Below, piece by piece: positions 1 through 10,038 of a stretch of DNA of 64,000 nucleotides. The stretch is from a bacterium (GTDB taxonomy: Bacteria > JAJVIF01), in the NCBI GenBank assembly GCA_022072165.1, contig JAJVIF010000002.1:176221-240220 (forward strand), given 5' to 3'. Position 1 is the stretch's first letter, and each line of letters opens with the position of its first letter. A program made the position numbers and the translations under genes. The notes beneath the pieces were generated by a model. It did not search any database, was not told the DNA's origin, and saw only the letters and a program-made list of their open reading frames with translations.

Positions 1-26
1 AGTCTGGACGCCCGGAGTGTCGCCTG

Positions 27-1040
27 ATGACCGCAATCTTCCCTGCTCCCCCTGCCCGCATCCTCGTCACTGGCGGCGCTGGGTTCCTGGGGCATCAGCT
101 GGTGAAGCGACTCCTCGACCTCGGCCATGAGGTCGTGGTGCTGGATGATCTCTCGACCGGAAAGCGGACCAACCTCCCCTCGGATCCCCGACTGACGTTT
201 GTGGAAGGCTCGATTCTGAATCCAGCCGACTGCGAGACCGCTGCCGCGGGATGCGCCGCGACCTTCCATCTCGCTGCGATTGTCGGGATGCGCCTCGCCG
301 CCGCCTATCAGGAGGCGTCGTACAACATCGCCGATGCCGGGACCCGGCATGTTCTCGACGCGACTGGCGACACCCCAATCGTGCTCTTTTCGTCGTCGGC
401 GGTCTATGGTCTGACCACCCAGGCGGCGGTCGCAGAGCATGAGACAGTCGGGGAGGCGAACTGCCTGGCGTATGACGGCGGCAAGCGGGGCTACGCCTCG
501 GGGAAGTGGCGCCTTGAGGAACTGGGGCAGGAGGCGATGCAAGCCGGTCGCCAAGTGCTGATCGTCCGGCCCTTCAACGCCGTCGGCGAAGGGCAGGTCG
601 GGACCTACGGCATGGTGGTCCCGAGCTTCATTCAGCAGGCCCTGAGCAACGCTGACATCACGATCTACGATGATGGCCTGCAGTCCCGAACCTTCTCTGA
701 AGTGAAGTGTTTCGTGTCGGTCCTGGACCGGCTGGTGCATACCCCAGCGGCCTGGGACGCACCACGCAATGTTGTGAATGTCGGGACGCAGGAATCGACC
801 ACGATTCGCGGACTCGCCGAGCTGGTCCTGGAGACGACCGGCAGCAGTTCCACACTCAGTTTCCGACCCTACAGCGATGTCTTTCCCGGGAAGTCCGATG
901 TCCGGGCCCGAGTGCCGAACACCGGCCGCCTGGAATCGCTGATTGGTCCGGTGCAGTGGCCCAGCTTGGCAGAAATCGTGCAGGAGCTGGTGCGTCAGGC
1001 ACGCAACGGGCAGGAAGCCCCGGCGGTCACTGCCTCGTAA
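27..1040 (+). CDS. NAD-dependent epimerase/dehydratase (extended SDR, UDP-sugar 4-epimerase-like)
   Basis: 337 aa. Rossmann motif VTGGAGFLG near the N-terminus, SSSAVYG, and a catalytic YxxxK (YASGK). ATG at 27. Confidence 0.85.
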   Translation: MTAIFPAPPARILVTGGAGFLGHQLVKRLLDLGHEVVVLDDLSTGKRTNLPSDPRLTFVEGSILNPADCETAAAGCAATFHLAAIVGMRLAAAYQEASYNIADAGTRHVLDATGDTPIVLFSSSAVYGLTTQAAVAEHETVGEANCLAYDGGKRGYASGKWRLEELGQEAMQAGRQVLIVRPFNAVGEGQVGTYGMVVPSFIQQALSNADITIYDDGLQSRTFSEVKCFVSVLDRLVHTPAAWDAPRNVVNVGTQESTTIRGLAELVLETTGSSSTLSFRPYSDVFPGKSDVRARVPNTGRLESLIGPVQWPSLAEIVQELVRQARNGQEAPAVTAS

Positions 1041-1181
1041 AGCGACTCCTACAAGCTGTCGTAAATCAGTGGTACGCTACCGCTGCCTGATTTCAGGCCG
1101 ACACTCGCGCCCCATTATGTGGTTGGGCGCTGCCTGCGTGACTGGCCCGCGCAAGGTCCGTGAAGGAGCACACCAGCACCC

Positions 1182-2198
1182 ATGATGGAACTGCTCGTTC
1201 TCGTAGCGGCGATCCTGGGAGGCATCGGGGCGACCCGGCTTGCCATCTATGTCGCGTATCGCTTCGGCTTCATGGACGCCCCCAATCCCATCGTGCCTGA
1301 CCATCGACGCCCGGTCGCTTATGGCGGCGGGGTCGGCATCCTCATCGGTGCATACTTCGCGATGGGCCTCTACCGGTTGATTGCCGGCGAAGGGGCGCTG
1401 CTGGATCAGTCCCGCGGTGCGTTCCCGCTCTCGATGATGCTCGGCGGGATCCTCTTCTTGCTGGTCGGCCTCTGGGATGACATCCGGGAGCTGAGCCCCC
1501 GGACCAAGACCCTCCTCCACCTTGCGGCCCTGAGCATCGCCATGAGCCAGGGGGGACTGGTCCGCGAGGTCAGCGGCAACTATTTCTTCGACATCTTCTT
1601 CTCCGGGCTCTGGATTCTCGCGATCGTCAATGCCTTCAACTTCATCGATGTCTGCGATGGCCTCGCCGGGAGTGTCGCGGTCCTGACGTTCGGTCTCTTT
1701 GCGGCGACCTTCGGATTCTCGCCGTTACTGAACATCGCGCTGGCGGGTGCCTGCCTCGGGTTCCTCTGGTTCAATCGTCCGCCGGCCCGGGTCTTCATGG
1801 GCGACGCTGGTTCAAACTTCCTCGGCTTCATGCTGGGGGCCTTCACGCTCACCGAAACGAGCGGGGTCACCTGGTGGCCGTACATTGCCATGATGACCCT
1901 CATGGCCGGGGTCCCCTTCTTTGATCTCCTCTTCCAGGCGGGAGTCCGCTGGGCCCAGGGACGCTCCCCATTGAAGGGTGGTCCTGACAGTTTCGCCCTG
2001 CGCCTGCAGCGGGCGGGGATGTCGAAGTGGCAGGTCGACCTGGTGGCGATGGGCGTCGCGTCGTTTTTCTTCACTTCCGCAATCACCCTCCCCTTCATGA
2101 ATCTGTGGGGGCAACTGGCGATCATCGTCCTCGTGAATGTCTTTATCGTGAGCGCCTGGCGCTGGTTGCTGCAATACGAGGTTCGTACGGATGCCTGA
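1182..2198 (+). CDS. polyprenyl-phosphate HexNAc-1-phosphate transferase (MraY/WecA family)
   Basis: 338 aa multi-TM protein with family motifs GLWDDIRELSPRTK, NAFNFIDVCDGLAG and VFMGDAGSNFLGF. GAAGGAG lies upstream of the ATG. Confidence 0.85.
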   Translation: MMELLVLVAAILGGIGATRLAIYVAYRFGFMDAPNPIVPDHRRPVAYGGGVGILIGAYFAMGLYRLIAGEGALLDQSRGAFPLSMMLGGILFLLVGLWDDIRELSPRTKTLLHLAALSIAMSQGGLVREVSGNYFFDIFFSGLWILAIVNAFNFIDVCDGLAGSVAVLTFGLFAATFGFSPLLNIALAGACLGFLWFNRPPARVFMGDAGSNFLGFMLGAFTLTETSGVTWWPYIAMMTLMAGVPFFDLLFQAGVRWAQGRSPLKGGPDSFALRLQRAGMSKWQVDLVAMGVASFFFTSAITLPFMNLWGQLAIIVLVNVFIVSAWRWLLQYEVRTDA

Positions 2199-3669
2199 GT
2201 CCCCGGATGCGGGACGTCGGCTCCTCTGGATTCATCAGAATTTCGTCAGCGCCCGTCAGACCGGAATCAGCCGCGCAGTCTACTTTCTCTCGGCTCTGCT
2301 CGATGCGGGCTGGACGGTAGATGTAGTCTGTTCGCGGACCGGATATCTGGATGAAGCCCTGGATGCCGACCTCAGCGACACAGTAGTTGAGCAGGACGGG
2401 GGGCTCACCCTCCATCGACTTGGGCATCCCCCAGGCATCGCGACCCAGGATCCGAGGCACCGGGGCAAGTCCTACTTTTCGTTTAACCAGCGGGCATTGC
2501 GGTATGTCCGTCAGACGTTGCCCCGCCCAGATATGATCTGGTCATCCTCGCCTCCCGCGACCATCACGCTGCCGGCGCTGGCGCTGGCGATTCCGCAGGG
2601 GATCCCGATGCTGTTGGAGGTCCGGGATGTCTGGCCGGAGGTCCTCATTCAGGGGGGGCTGGTCCGAAACCCGCTGGTAATTGCGGTGATGGAGTGGTTT
2701 GAAGTCTTCACGCTGCAGTTCGCCGATCACATCATCCCGGTGGCCCCTGGCTTTCAGGCGCTCTACGAACGGATGGGCATCGCACCATCACGGATGACGA
2801 CCAATCCGACGGGCGGGGACCCCTACTTTCTGGGAGCGACGGCGGAGTCCGGTGCCGCGTGGCGTCGGGAGCAGGGACTGGAAGGGCAGTTTCTGGCCCT
2901 GTTTTCGGGATCCATGAACGAAACCAGCAATGTCGACCTCCTCGCCGAGGCTGCACTCAAGGCTGCCGGAGAATTGCCGCAGGTGACCTGGCTCTTTGCC
3001 GGAAGCGGACGCCTCGTGGATGCGGTCAGAGCCGCTGCGCAGACCCACGACACTATCCGGTATCTGGGGGCTTTGCCACGGGATGCCATGCGTCCCATTT
3101 TTGCCGCCGCGGATGTCGGCATCATCTCCCGCGCCCCGATTCCGGTGGAGCAGCTGGTCTATCCGGGGAAGCTCTTCGACTACCTGGCGTCGGGACTCCC
3201 GGTCCTGACCAACCACATCGGACAGCCCTCAGTGGTGGTGGATGAAGCCGACTGCGGGGTGGTGCTCCGGGGTCCCCGGACCGCAGCATCCTTTGTGCAG
3301 GGCATTCGCCAGTTGCTGGAACTGCCATCCGAAGAACGGGTCGCGATGGGAGCCCGGGGACAAAACTGGCTGTTGCGCGAAATGAACGCCTTTCAGATGG
3401 GTGAAGAACTTGCCGCACTGGTGAACCGGGGCTGGCCACGACGGTCCTTCGCGGCACAACTCGTTCGCGCCGTGCGGGCCGGAGCGATCGCCACCTGCTG
3501 GACCCTCGCCGGACGCCAACGCCATGCCAGAGCGCCCTTCTCCGGGACCGATGCCGAAGCCCTGATCCGGGCAGCACATCACACCTGGCAGGCGCGGACC
3601 GCAATCAGCCCGGCCCGTCAGCCGGACTTCCAGTTGCCAGTCCCTTCGATTCTGTCTGCCCGTGAGTAG
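2191..3669 (+). CDS. glycosyltransferase, GT4/group 1 (WbuB-like)
   Basis: 492 aa. The start overlaps the end of the upstream gene. N-terminus resembles WbuB (WIHQNF..GISRAVYF..AGWTVDVV). C-terminal E-x7-E type region PGKLFDYLASGLPVLTN. Confidence 0.8.
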   Translation: MPESPDAGRRLLWIHQNFVSARQTGISRAVYFLSALLDAGWTVDVVCSRTGYLDEALDADLSDTVVEQDGGLTLHRLGHPPGIATQDPRHRGKSYFSFNQRALRYVRQTLPRPDMIWSSSPPATITLPALALAIPQGIPMLLEVRDVWPEVLIQGGLVRNPLVIAVMEWFEVFTLQFADHIIPVAPGFQALYERMGIAPSRMTTNPTGGDPYFLGATAESGAAWRREQGLEGQFLALFSGSMNETSNVDLLAEAALKAAGELPQVTWLFAGSGRLVDAVRAAAQTHDTIRYLGALPRDAMRPIFAAADVGIISRAPIPVEQLVYPGKLFDYLASGLPVLTNHIGQPSVVVDEADCGVVLRGPRTAASFVQGIRQLLELPSEERVAMGARGQNWLLREMNAFQMGEELAALVNRGWPRRSFAAQLVRAVRAGAIATCWTLAGRQRHARAPFSGTDAEALIRAAHHTWQARTAISPARQPDFQLPVPSILSARE

Positions 3670-3718
3670 TCCCTGCTGGCAGATGGGGAGGTCGCGGCTC
3701 CGGTCTACAATCGACTCC

Positions 3719-5188
3719 ATGCGTCATGCAGCTCTGCGACTCCTCTTCGTGATCCTCGGTGTCCATTTATGGAGCGCTGCCCCGGCATGGGCGGGCGAGC
3801 GCGTCCTGATGCTGACGCTCGATGATCGTCCCTGCAACACCATCCTGGTACAGCAACTGGCGGCCATCGCGGGGGTCGAACTCGAACTCACGACACGTCC
3901 AGATCGGGCGGGCGAGGCGGAGCTGGTGAGCCTGAACGCTGCGCTCTTTGGGTCGCTGGTGGCGTCCCGGAGCGGCGATCCTTCCAGGCTGACTGTCCCA
4001 CGGCTGCGCCACGACGCCCTGGTTCACTTCGCGGTCCCACGGGTGCAACCGTTCGTGAAAGATGACGCCACGATGAAGGCGTACACCGCCGCCCTGGAGT
4101 CGCTGAAGCAACCTGCGATCCAGGAGCAGGTCCGGGCCGCGATCGCCGGCGAGGGTCCGATGCCTGCCGATCCGCCGCTGGCCGATTACGCCCAGCGAAT
4201 GCGGGGCTGGCTGGATCTGCTCGCGGGGGCTTCCATCCCGCCGGACCGACTGCTGGTGACCCTCGATGACAATCGTCCCGGTCCGCTGGCCGCCTGGCTG
4301 AAAACCCGCCTGCGGCGCTACACCCCGCATGTGCAGGATGGTACCGACGAAGGGATGATGCTGCTCCTTGCCCGTTGGTGCCGGGAGCGTCAGGCCGAGG
4401 TCCTGCCACCCGAGGCGGGCATTGTCTTCACGAGCCCCTCGGATGCCGTCACGTTGCAGGCGTTTGAGTCCGGGATGCCGCTGGAGAATGTGCTGCGGAT
4501 GGCGGACTGGCTGCATTTTCGGATGACCCCTTCGTTGAAGACACTGCCATCGTGGCGGTCGGTCCTCTGGCTGCATGGTTCCCCGATTACGCCGGAGCGG
4601 GCGACAGCGCTGGCGCAGGAACTCGATCAGCACTTTGTCGTGGTGGGCGACATCGCCAAACTGAATGCGGGTGATCCGGGGCTCTTTAAGGCCTGGAGTA
4701 ACGGCGCGATGCCAGCAAAACTGATGGGCTATGCCGGCTGGAACACAGCGAGCAACACCCTGGGGACCGTAATGGCGCTGATGTCGGCCATCGACTACGG
4801 CTACTCCGAGCGGTCGGACCCCGAATCGGTGCAGGGAGCAGTGGAACTCTTCCTCTGGTCCCGGATGCTGGATGACTGGCTTTACATGGGGGTGGTGCGT
4901 CCGGACTATCAAAGCGCCCGGACCGCGGCGGGCCTGCCCAACGCGAACCTGAGTCCGGAGCAGGTGGCCGCGGCGATCGAGCAGCTGCAATTCCGTCTGC
5001 TGGAGCAGTGGGGCACCCTCGGCAGTGATCTTTTCGCGCCATTCCGGTTCGTCGATCCCGGTGGCACAACAGGCGCAGAAGTAACCATCCCCTGGGCACG
5101 ACTCTTTGAAATCGGCGTGCTGCCGGTGGACCCCCGGGGCTTTTTGCCGACGATTCGACCATCGTTGATCGACCCGGCACCACGCTAA
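3719..5188 (+). CDS. DUF4127-like protein with N-terminal signal peptide
   Basis: Track ORF starts at GTG 3662; trimmed to ATG 3719, giving MRHAALRLLFVILGVHLWSAAPAWA. Motifs LTLDDRPCN and GYAGWNTASNTLGT match my memory of DUF4127. The family call is from memory only. Confidence 0.55.
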   Translation: MRHAALRLLFVILGVHLWSAAPAWAGERVLMLTLDDRPCNTILVQQLAAIAGVELELTTRPDRAGEAELVSLNAALFGSLVASRSGDPSRLTVPRLRHDALVHFAVPRVQPFVKDDATMKAYTAALESLKQPAIQEQVRAAIAGEGPMPADPPLADYAQRMRGWLDLLAGASIPPDRLLVTLDDNRPGPLAAWLKTRLRRYTPHVQDGTDEGMMLLLARWCRERQAEVLPPEAGIVFTSPSDAVTLQAFESGMPLENVLRMADWLHFRMTPSLKTLPSWRSVLWLHGSPITPERATALAQELDQHFVVVGDIAKLNAGDPGLFKAWSNGAMPAKLMGYAGWNTASNTLGTVMALMSAIDYGYSERSDPESVQGAVELFLWSRMLDDWLYMGVVRPDYQSARTAAGLPNANLSPEQVAAAIEQLQFRLLEQWGTLGSDLFAPFRFVDPGGTTGAEVTIPWARLFEIGVLPVDPRGFLPTIRPSLIDPAPR

Positions 5189-5217
5189 CTTGCGGGACTG
5201 CTGTACCCTCAGGCGTG

Positions 5218-5742
5218 ATGAGCACGACCCCTCCCGCTCCCGCCCGGACACCGCAGGAACAACTGCGGATGCTGGATCGTCTGATCCTGATTTTTCCGAT
5301 CATCCTGGTGCTCGCGATCTGCGTCATGATCTGGGCGCTGCAGGGAGTCTCCGATCAGTTTGCGCCGCATCCTTCGGCGGGTCAGTTCGAGAGCGGGACC
5401 CTGGTGACGCAAAACGGCATCGTCGGTACGGTCATCGTGACCACGGAACCCCAGCCGATGGGGAATCGCTGGTTCGTGCGGCTGCAGATTGCTGATGAGC
5501 ATGGGCATCCGGTGAGCCGGGCGACGGTCTTCGCTCACGGCGTAGAAGGGACCCGGTACCTGGATCCGTACCCGCTGCCGCCGGGAAAAGAACCGGGGGT
5601 GTGGGAAGGCACCCTGCTGCTACTGGAGGGGGCCACGACGGTGATGGTTCACGCGGATCTTCCGGGGGGACGTCCGGAAGAATGGGTTTCCGAGTGGTAT
5701 CCGGTCGGTGCGCAACCGCCTGCGGCGGCTACGACGCAGTAA
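5218..5742 (+). CDS. hypothetical single-pass membrane protein (FixH/YtkA-like fold possible)
   Basis: One TM segment (LILIFPIILVLAICVMIWAL) followed by a beta-rich ectodomain. G/C-rich third codon positions. No recognisable catalytic motif. Confidence 0.55.
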   Translation: MSTTPPAPARTPQEQLRMLDRLILIFPIILVLAICVMIWALQGVSDQFAPHPSAGQFESGTLVTQNGIVGTVIVTTEPQPMGNRWFVRLQIADEHGHPVSRATVFAHGVEGTRYLDPYPLPPGKEPGVWEGTLLLLEGATTVMVHADLPGGRPEEWVSEWYPVGAQPPAAATTQ

Positions 5743-5763
5743 CCGGGTAGACTCCCCCCTGCG

Positions 5764-7656
5764 ATGTCGCTGACTGTCAAGAACCTCGCCAAGCGCTTCG
5801 GTCCCCGGGTCCTCTTCTCGGGGGTGACGTTTGGGCTGGGCAAGGGCGAGCGGGTTGCGCTGATCGGCCCCAACGGCGCGGGCAAAACGACACTGATGAA
5901 GATCATTGCAGGGCAGGAGGAAGCCGAGGAAGGCCTCATCGAAAAGCCCAAGACGGGGTCAGCACTGGGGTATCTCGCACAGTCGCTCCAATTTGAGGCC
6001 GGACGCACCCTGTTCGAAGAGGCTCTGGAGGCGTCGCCGGACATCCTGCACCTGCGTCAGGAAAAGCTGGCCCTGGAAGAGGCAATGGGCAAAGAGAGCG
6101 ACGCCGCAGTGATCCATGACCTTGCCGACCGTTACAGCGCCCTGCTCCAGAGGTACGACGCCCTCGGGGGGTACGCCTACGAGGGGCGGGTGGCGCGGGT
6201 CCTCAAGGGGATGGGATTTGCTGAGAGTCGCTGGGAACAGCCGGTGGAAACGCTCTCCGGCGGAGAGGGGAGTCAGCTGGAACTTTGCAAGCTCCTGGTC
6301 GAGGAGCCGCCGCTGTTGCTGCTCGATGAGCCGACCAACCATCTCGACATCGAGGCCGTGGAGTGGCTGGAGGAGTACCTTCAGAGCTACCCCGGCGCCA
6401 TTCTGCTGGTGAGCCATGATCGCTACTTTCTCGAGCGGGTCTGCACCCGGGTCCTCGAGCTCGCTCATGGACGGATCGACAGCTACACCGGCGGCTATGA
6501 GAAGTACCTGGAACAAAAGGCCGAGCGGCTGACCCTGCAGCAGAAGACCTATGAGAGGCAGCAGGCGGAAATCGCAAAGCTGACCCGCTTCATCAATCGC
6601 TGGCGGGCCGACTCCAAGAAAGCGACACAGGCGAAGAGTCGGGAAAAGGCCCGGGCGAAAATTGAGGTCACCGAAGTCGATCGTCCGGACCTCCGGGACC
6701 TCGCGCTGGTCTTCCAACAAGGTCAGCCGAGCTGGCATGAAGTGCTGACGGTCGAAAATCTCGCGGCGCAGATTCCAGGGCGGACGCTCTTCGAGGGGGT
6801 CAGCTTCCGGGTCGACCGGGGGGAACGGCTGGTCATCATCGGACGCAACGGCGCGGGCAAGTCGACATTGCTGAAGATGCTGATCCAGGGGTCGGGGCAA
6901 TCCGCTGGAAACATGCACTGGGGCGGACAGACCGAGCTGGGGTACTTCGCGCAGGTCCGGGAGGAGTTTCCGCCGGACGCATCGGTTTTCGAGAGTCTGG
7001 GCGCGGCCCATCCGCATCTCACGAAGCAGCAGGTGGCATCGTTGCTGGGAGCGGTGGGCTTTACTGGCGCTGAGTGGGAGCGTCCGGTGGGACAGTGCAG
7101 CGGCGGTGAGCAGAGCCGACTGGCGCTGGCGATCCTCCTGGCATCGAAAGCGAATGTGCTCCTCCTCGACGAGCCGACCAATCATCTCGACCTCATCGCC
7201 CGGGAGTCGCTGGAAGAAGCGCTGGAAGCCTTCCCCGGCACGGTCATCTGCATTTCCCACGACCGACGCTTCATCGATCGCATGGCCGACAAGCTCCTGC
7301 TGGTTGATGGGGCGAAAACCCGGCTGATCCATGGGAACTACTCCCACTGGGTTTGGCAACGCGCCCAGGAAGCCCTGGCGAACCAGCCGCAGTCGGCGGC
7401 GACACGCCCTGCCCGTCCCGCGAGTCGGCCCGCCGGGAGCGCTGGCAGCAGCAAGAATGGCCAAAAGTCGGGTCCCAACCTGGAGACCGTGATTGAGGAG
7501 ATTGATCGCCTGGAGCGGGAGATCGCGGCATGTCACGAAGCACTTGGGGACCCTGAGTTATACAAAAATCACCTGGATGCACAGGAAGTTCAGCAAAAGT
7601 TAAAGGTATTAGAGGAAGACCTCGCTACCTGGATGGTCAGGCTTGACACGTTCTAA
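5764..7656 (+). CDS. ABC-F family ATPase (Uup/YheS/EttA class, no TM domain)
   Basis: 630 aa with two ABC cassettes: GPNGAGKTTLMK..LSGGE..LLLLDEPTNHLD and GRNGAGKSTLLK..CSGGEQSRLALA..LLLDEPTNHLD. Charged linker and C-terminal coiled coil. Confidence 0.92.
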   Translation: MSLTVKNLAKRFGPRVLFSGVTFGLGKGERVALIGPNGAGKTTLMKIIAGQEEAEEGLIEKPKTGSALGYLAQSLQFEAGRTLFEEALEASPDILHLRQEKLALEEAMGKESDAAVIHDLADRYSALLQRYDALGGYAYEGRVARVLKGMGFAESRWEQPVETLSGGEGSQLELCKLLVEEPPLLLLDEPTNHLDIEAVEWLEEYLQSYPGAILLVSHDRYFLERVCTRVLELAHGRIDSYTGGYEKYLEQKAERLTLQQKTYERQQAEIAKLTRFINRWRADSKKATQAKSREKARAKIEVTEVDRPDLRDLALVFQQGQPSWHEVLTVENLAAQIPGRTLFEGVSFRVDRGERLVIIGRNGAGKSTLLKMLIQGSGQSAGNMHWGGQTELGYFAQVREEFPPDASVFESLGAAHPHLTKQQVASLLGAVGFTGAEWERPVGQCSGGEQSRLALAILLASKANVLLLDEPTNHLDLIARESLEEALEAFPGTVICISHDRRFIDRMADKLLLVDGAKTRLIHGNYSHWVWQRAQEALANQPQSAATRPARPASRPAGSAGSSKNGQKSGPNLETVIEEIDRLEREIAACHEALGDPELYKNHLDAQEVQQKLKVLEEDLATWMVRLDTF

Positions 7657-7986
7657 AGGCTGACATTGCGCCGGAGCAATCTTTCCGGATTCCGGACACC
7701 CCCCCTTGCGGATTCGCGATCTGCCTTCTAGACTCCCCCGAGTCATGAACTTCGCCATGCGCTATCCCATGCCGCGTCGCAGCTGGCACCCCCGTCGGGG
7801 TGGAGCCGGACGCGTGGGTGGGCAAGGCGACTGACGACTCAGCCTTACTCTCACTGACACGCTTCTGACGCCCACCCGACGATGACAGGGTGGGTTTGCT
7901 GTTTGCTCCCCCCCTGTTGCGCGCCCTGCCGCGATGTCGGACCGGTTCCGGAAGTAGTCAGATCCTACGAAGGATGGATCAACCCC

Positions 7987-8226
7987 ATGTCCTGTCCGCT
8001 GAACCCGATGCCGCAGTCTTTACCGGCGGCGGTCCACACCCCGCGACGTCTCCGCGCGATGCAGGAGGCACGTCAGCGCCCCATGAATCCCCGGGCCTGG
8101 TCCTGGCGCGGGAGCACCACCCCTGACACGACCACGACGGCGACGGTCCCGGCGGGGACCCGGGCGGCGCAGGCGGGCCTCCCGGTCCGGCTGGCATCCA
8201 GTACATCCGCGGAGGAGTCGCAATGA
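7987..8226 (+). CDS. hypothetical small protein (low confidence)
   Basis: In-frame ATG inside track ORF 7882..8226. GAAGGA lies 12 nt upstream. Mostly G/C at third codon positions. Its stop overlaps the next start (ATGA). No homolog recognised. Confidence 0.25.
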   Translation: MSCPLNPMPQSLPAAVHTPRRLRAMQEARQRPMNPRAWSWRGSTTPDTTTTATVPAGTRAAQAGLPVRLASSTSAEESQ

Positions 8227-8513
8227 CACCCGATCTCCTCCGCGACCACTCCGCCCTCGAGGGCTGGCTGGAGTGCGGACTCACGCTCTCCGATGACTGG
8301 TCCGGTCAGACCTGCACCGGTGTGCCGGCTCCGCCCAGGGTCCGGATTCTGAAGCCCCTGGCGATCCCACGGGCACCCTCGCACCGGAAGCGGGTCCGGG
8401 CGCTGGCCTGGCTGCTGATCCCGCTCCTGGCAGCCCGGAGCGACATCGAGCCGCAGGAACTGCCAGTCCCTGGCGCGGCACCGGGCTACGCCCAGTGCGG
8501 CTTCGCGGTCTGA
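8223..8513 (+). CDS. hypothetical small membrane protein (low confidence)
   Basis: GGAGGAGTCGCA precedes the ATG. ATGA overlap with the preceding ORF. Strong G/C third-position bias. One hydrophobic segment (ALAWLLIPLLAA). Confidence 0.3.
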   Translation: MTPDLLRDHSALEGWLECGLTLSDDWSGQTCTGVPAPPRVRILKPLAIPRAPSHRKRVRALAWLLIPLLAARSDIEPQELPVPGAAPGYAQCGFAV

Positions 8514-8581
8514 TCACTGATGCAGCCCCCGGCGAGCAGATGCTGCTTGTCCGGGGGCTGGACTCACCGATAATCGCGCCC

Positions 8582-9637
8582 ATGCGACCTGTGCGGCTGC
8601 CATCGTTGCTCTGCTGCGCGCTGCTGAGCCTGGCGGTCACAACCGTTGGCGATGCCGCGCCGGGCAAGGCCACAAGCGGTCCGCTACGACTTTTGTTCGG
8701 CGGCGATGTCCTGCTCGGGGGTCGCATGACCGCACAGTTGCAGCGTCATGGTGCAGCCTACCCTTCTGCGAAAGTGCAGCCGATCCTGGCGGGGGCCGAT
8801 CTGATCTTCGGCAACCTGGAGTGCCCCCTCACGCGCGCCACAGACGTCACGCTCGGCAAGGACCCCGAGAAGCTCGCCACGGGACTCGACTTTGTGTTCA
8901 AAGCCGATCCACAGCTGGGCGGAGCCGCGCTGCAGGCGGCAGGATTCACCGTGATGTCGGTCGCAAACAACCACGCGATGGACTTCAGGGCGGCCGGCCT
9001 GCTGGAGACGCTGAAAACGCTGGAGCAGCGGAACATCGTGGCAGCAGGCGGCGGTGCGACCTGGCAGGCGGCGGTCGCTCCCCGGATCCTCACGATTCGA
9101 GGTCAGCGCATCGGGGTGCTCGCCTGTTCGATGATCAATCCGGTCTACAGCGGTGCGGGAGAGACAACGCCCGGCATCTATGCGGTCGGGAAGCACTGGA
9201 ATCCGTTCCTGCAGGAGCAGGTCGAGACTCTCCGCCGCAAGTGCGACCTGCTCATTTTCTCGGTCCATTGGGGGGTGGAGTCGACACCGCTGACAGAGCC
9301 CTACCAGGAGGCAGTCGCGACCGCCGCGCTGGCCGCCGGTGCAGACCTGGTGATTGGCCACCATCCCCATGTCCTCCAGCCCTTCGAGCGTCGCGGGGAG
9401 CAGCTCATCGCCTACTCGCTTGGTAATTTCATCTTTCCAGGCAAGTCCCCGGTGCTCCCCTCGGCTTTACTGGAAGTCTCCTGGGATCCGGCAGCACACA
9501 CCATCGAGCCGCTGCTGCATCCACTGGTGCTGAGGGATGGCGTGCCGGAGCCGACCGCCGATGCCACGATTCGCCGGGCCATCGCGACTCTCGCGCCGGG
9601 GCTGCCGCTTGCCCCAATACCCGTACAATCCCCCTGA
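8582..9637 (+). CDS. CapA/PGA_cap family metallophosphoesterase-like protein, secreted
   Basis: Trimmed to ATG 8582 (MRPVRLPSLLCCALLSLAV signal peptide). Motifs GGDVLLGG, GNLECPLT, SVANNHAMDF, SVHWGVE, GHHPHVLQP and YSLGNFIF. Confidence 0.8.
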   Translation: MRPVRLPSLLCCALLSLAVTTVGDAAPGKATSGPLRLLFGGDVLLGGRMTAQLQRHGAAYPSAKVQPILAGADLIFGNLECPLTRATDVTLGKDPEKLATGLDFVFKADPQLGGAALQAAGFTVMSVANNHAMDFRAAGLLETLKTLEQRNIVAAGGGATWQAAVAPRILTIRGQRIGVLACSMINPVYSGAGETTPGIYAVGKHWNPFLQEQVETLRRKCDLLIFSVHWGVESTPLTEPYQEAVATAALAAGADLVIGHHPHVLQPFERRGEQLIAYSLGNFIFPGKSPVLPSALLEVSWDPAAHTIEPLLHPLVLRDGVPEPTADATIRRAIATLAPGLPLAPIPVQSP

Positions 9638-10005
9638 TGCTCGCCAGCCACCCTGCCCAGGATCCGCCCTCCGGGACTAGTGTCCGTGAGCATTACCCCC
9701 TCCCGACCTGGGTGACCGGCGCGGACTATCTGCTGACGCTGGTGTTCCTCATCATTGGCCCCTTTTTCTATTACAGCGAAGCGGTCTTCCGCACGGGCTA
9801 CTCCGCCCTCGGAGAGGCCATCATGCTGACCGGGCAGCTGGGACTCCATTTCATGGTGGCGTACTACTTCCTCACGAACCACTTCATGGAGCCGATGACC
9901 CGTGAGGTGCGGCTGATTCTGATGGCCTGGCGGGTTCTGATGACCGCCTGGGTCGCCCTGCTGATCTATGGCTTCCAGCAGTACCGCCATCCCTGGCAGG
10001 GATAG
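9637..10005 (+). CDS. hypothetical membrane protein
   Basis: 122 aa with about three TM segments. Its ATG overlaps the last base of the CapA stop codon (TGATG). Confidence 0.5.
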   Translation: MLASHPAQDPPSGTSVREHYPLPTWVTGADYLLTLVFLIIGPFFYYSEAVFRTGYSALGEAIMLTGQLGLHFMVAYYFLTNHFMEPMTREVRLILMAWRVLMTAWVALLIYGFQQYRHPWQG

Positions 10006-10038
10006 GCCCGACAGGTCGCTTCCCGCTAGAATGCGGCT

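Noticed and set aside
3767-7536. Minus-strand ORFs 3767..5251 (494 aa) and 5959..7536 (525 aa)
   Set aside because: They are antisense to the DUF4127-like gene and to the ABC-F ATPase, whose Walker/ABC signature motifs fix the coding strand. Both have high-GC shadow composition.
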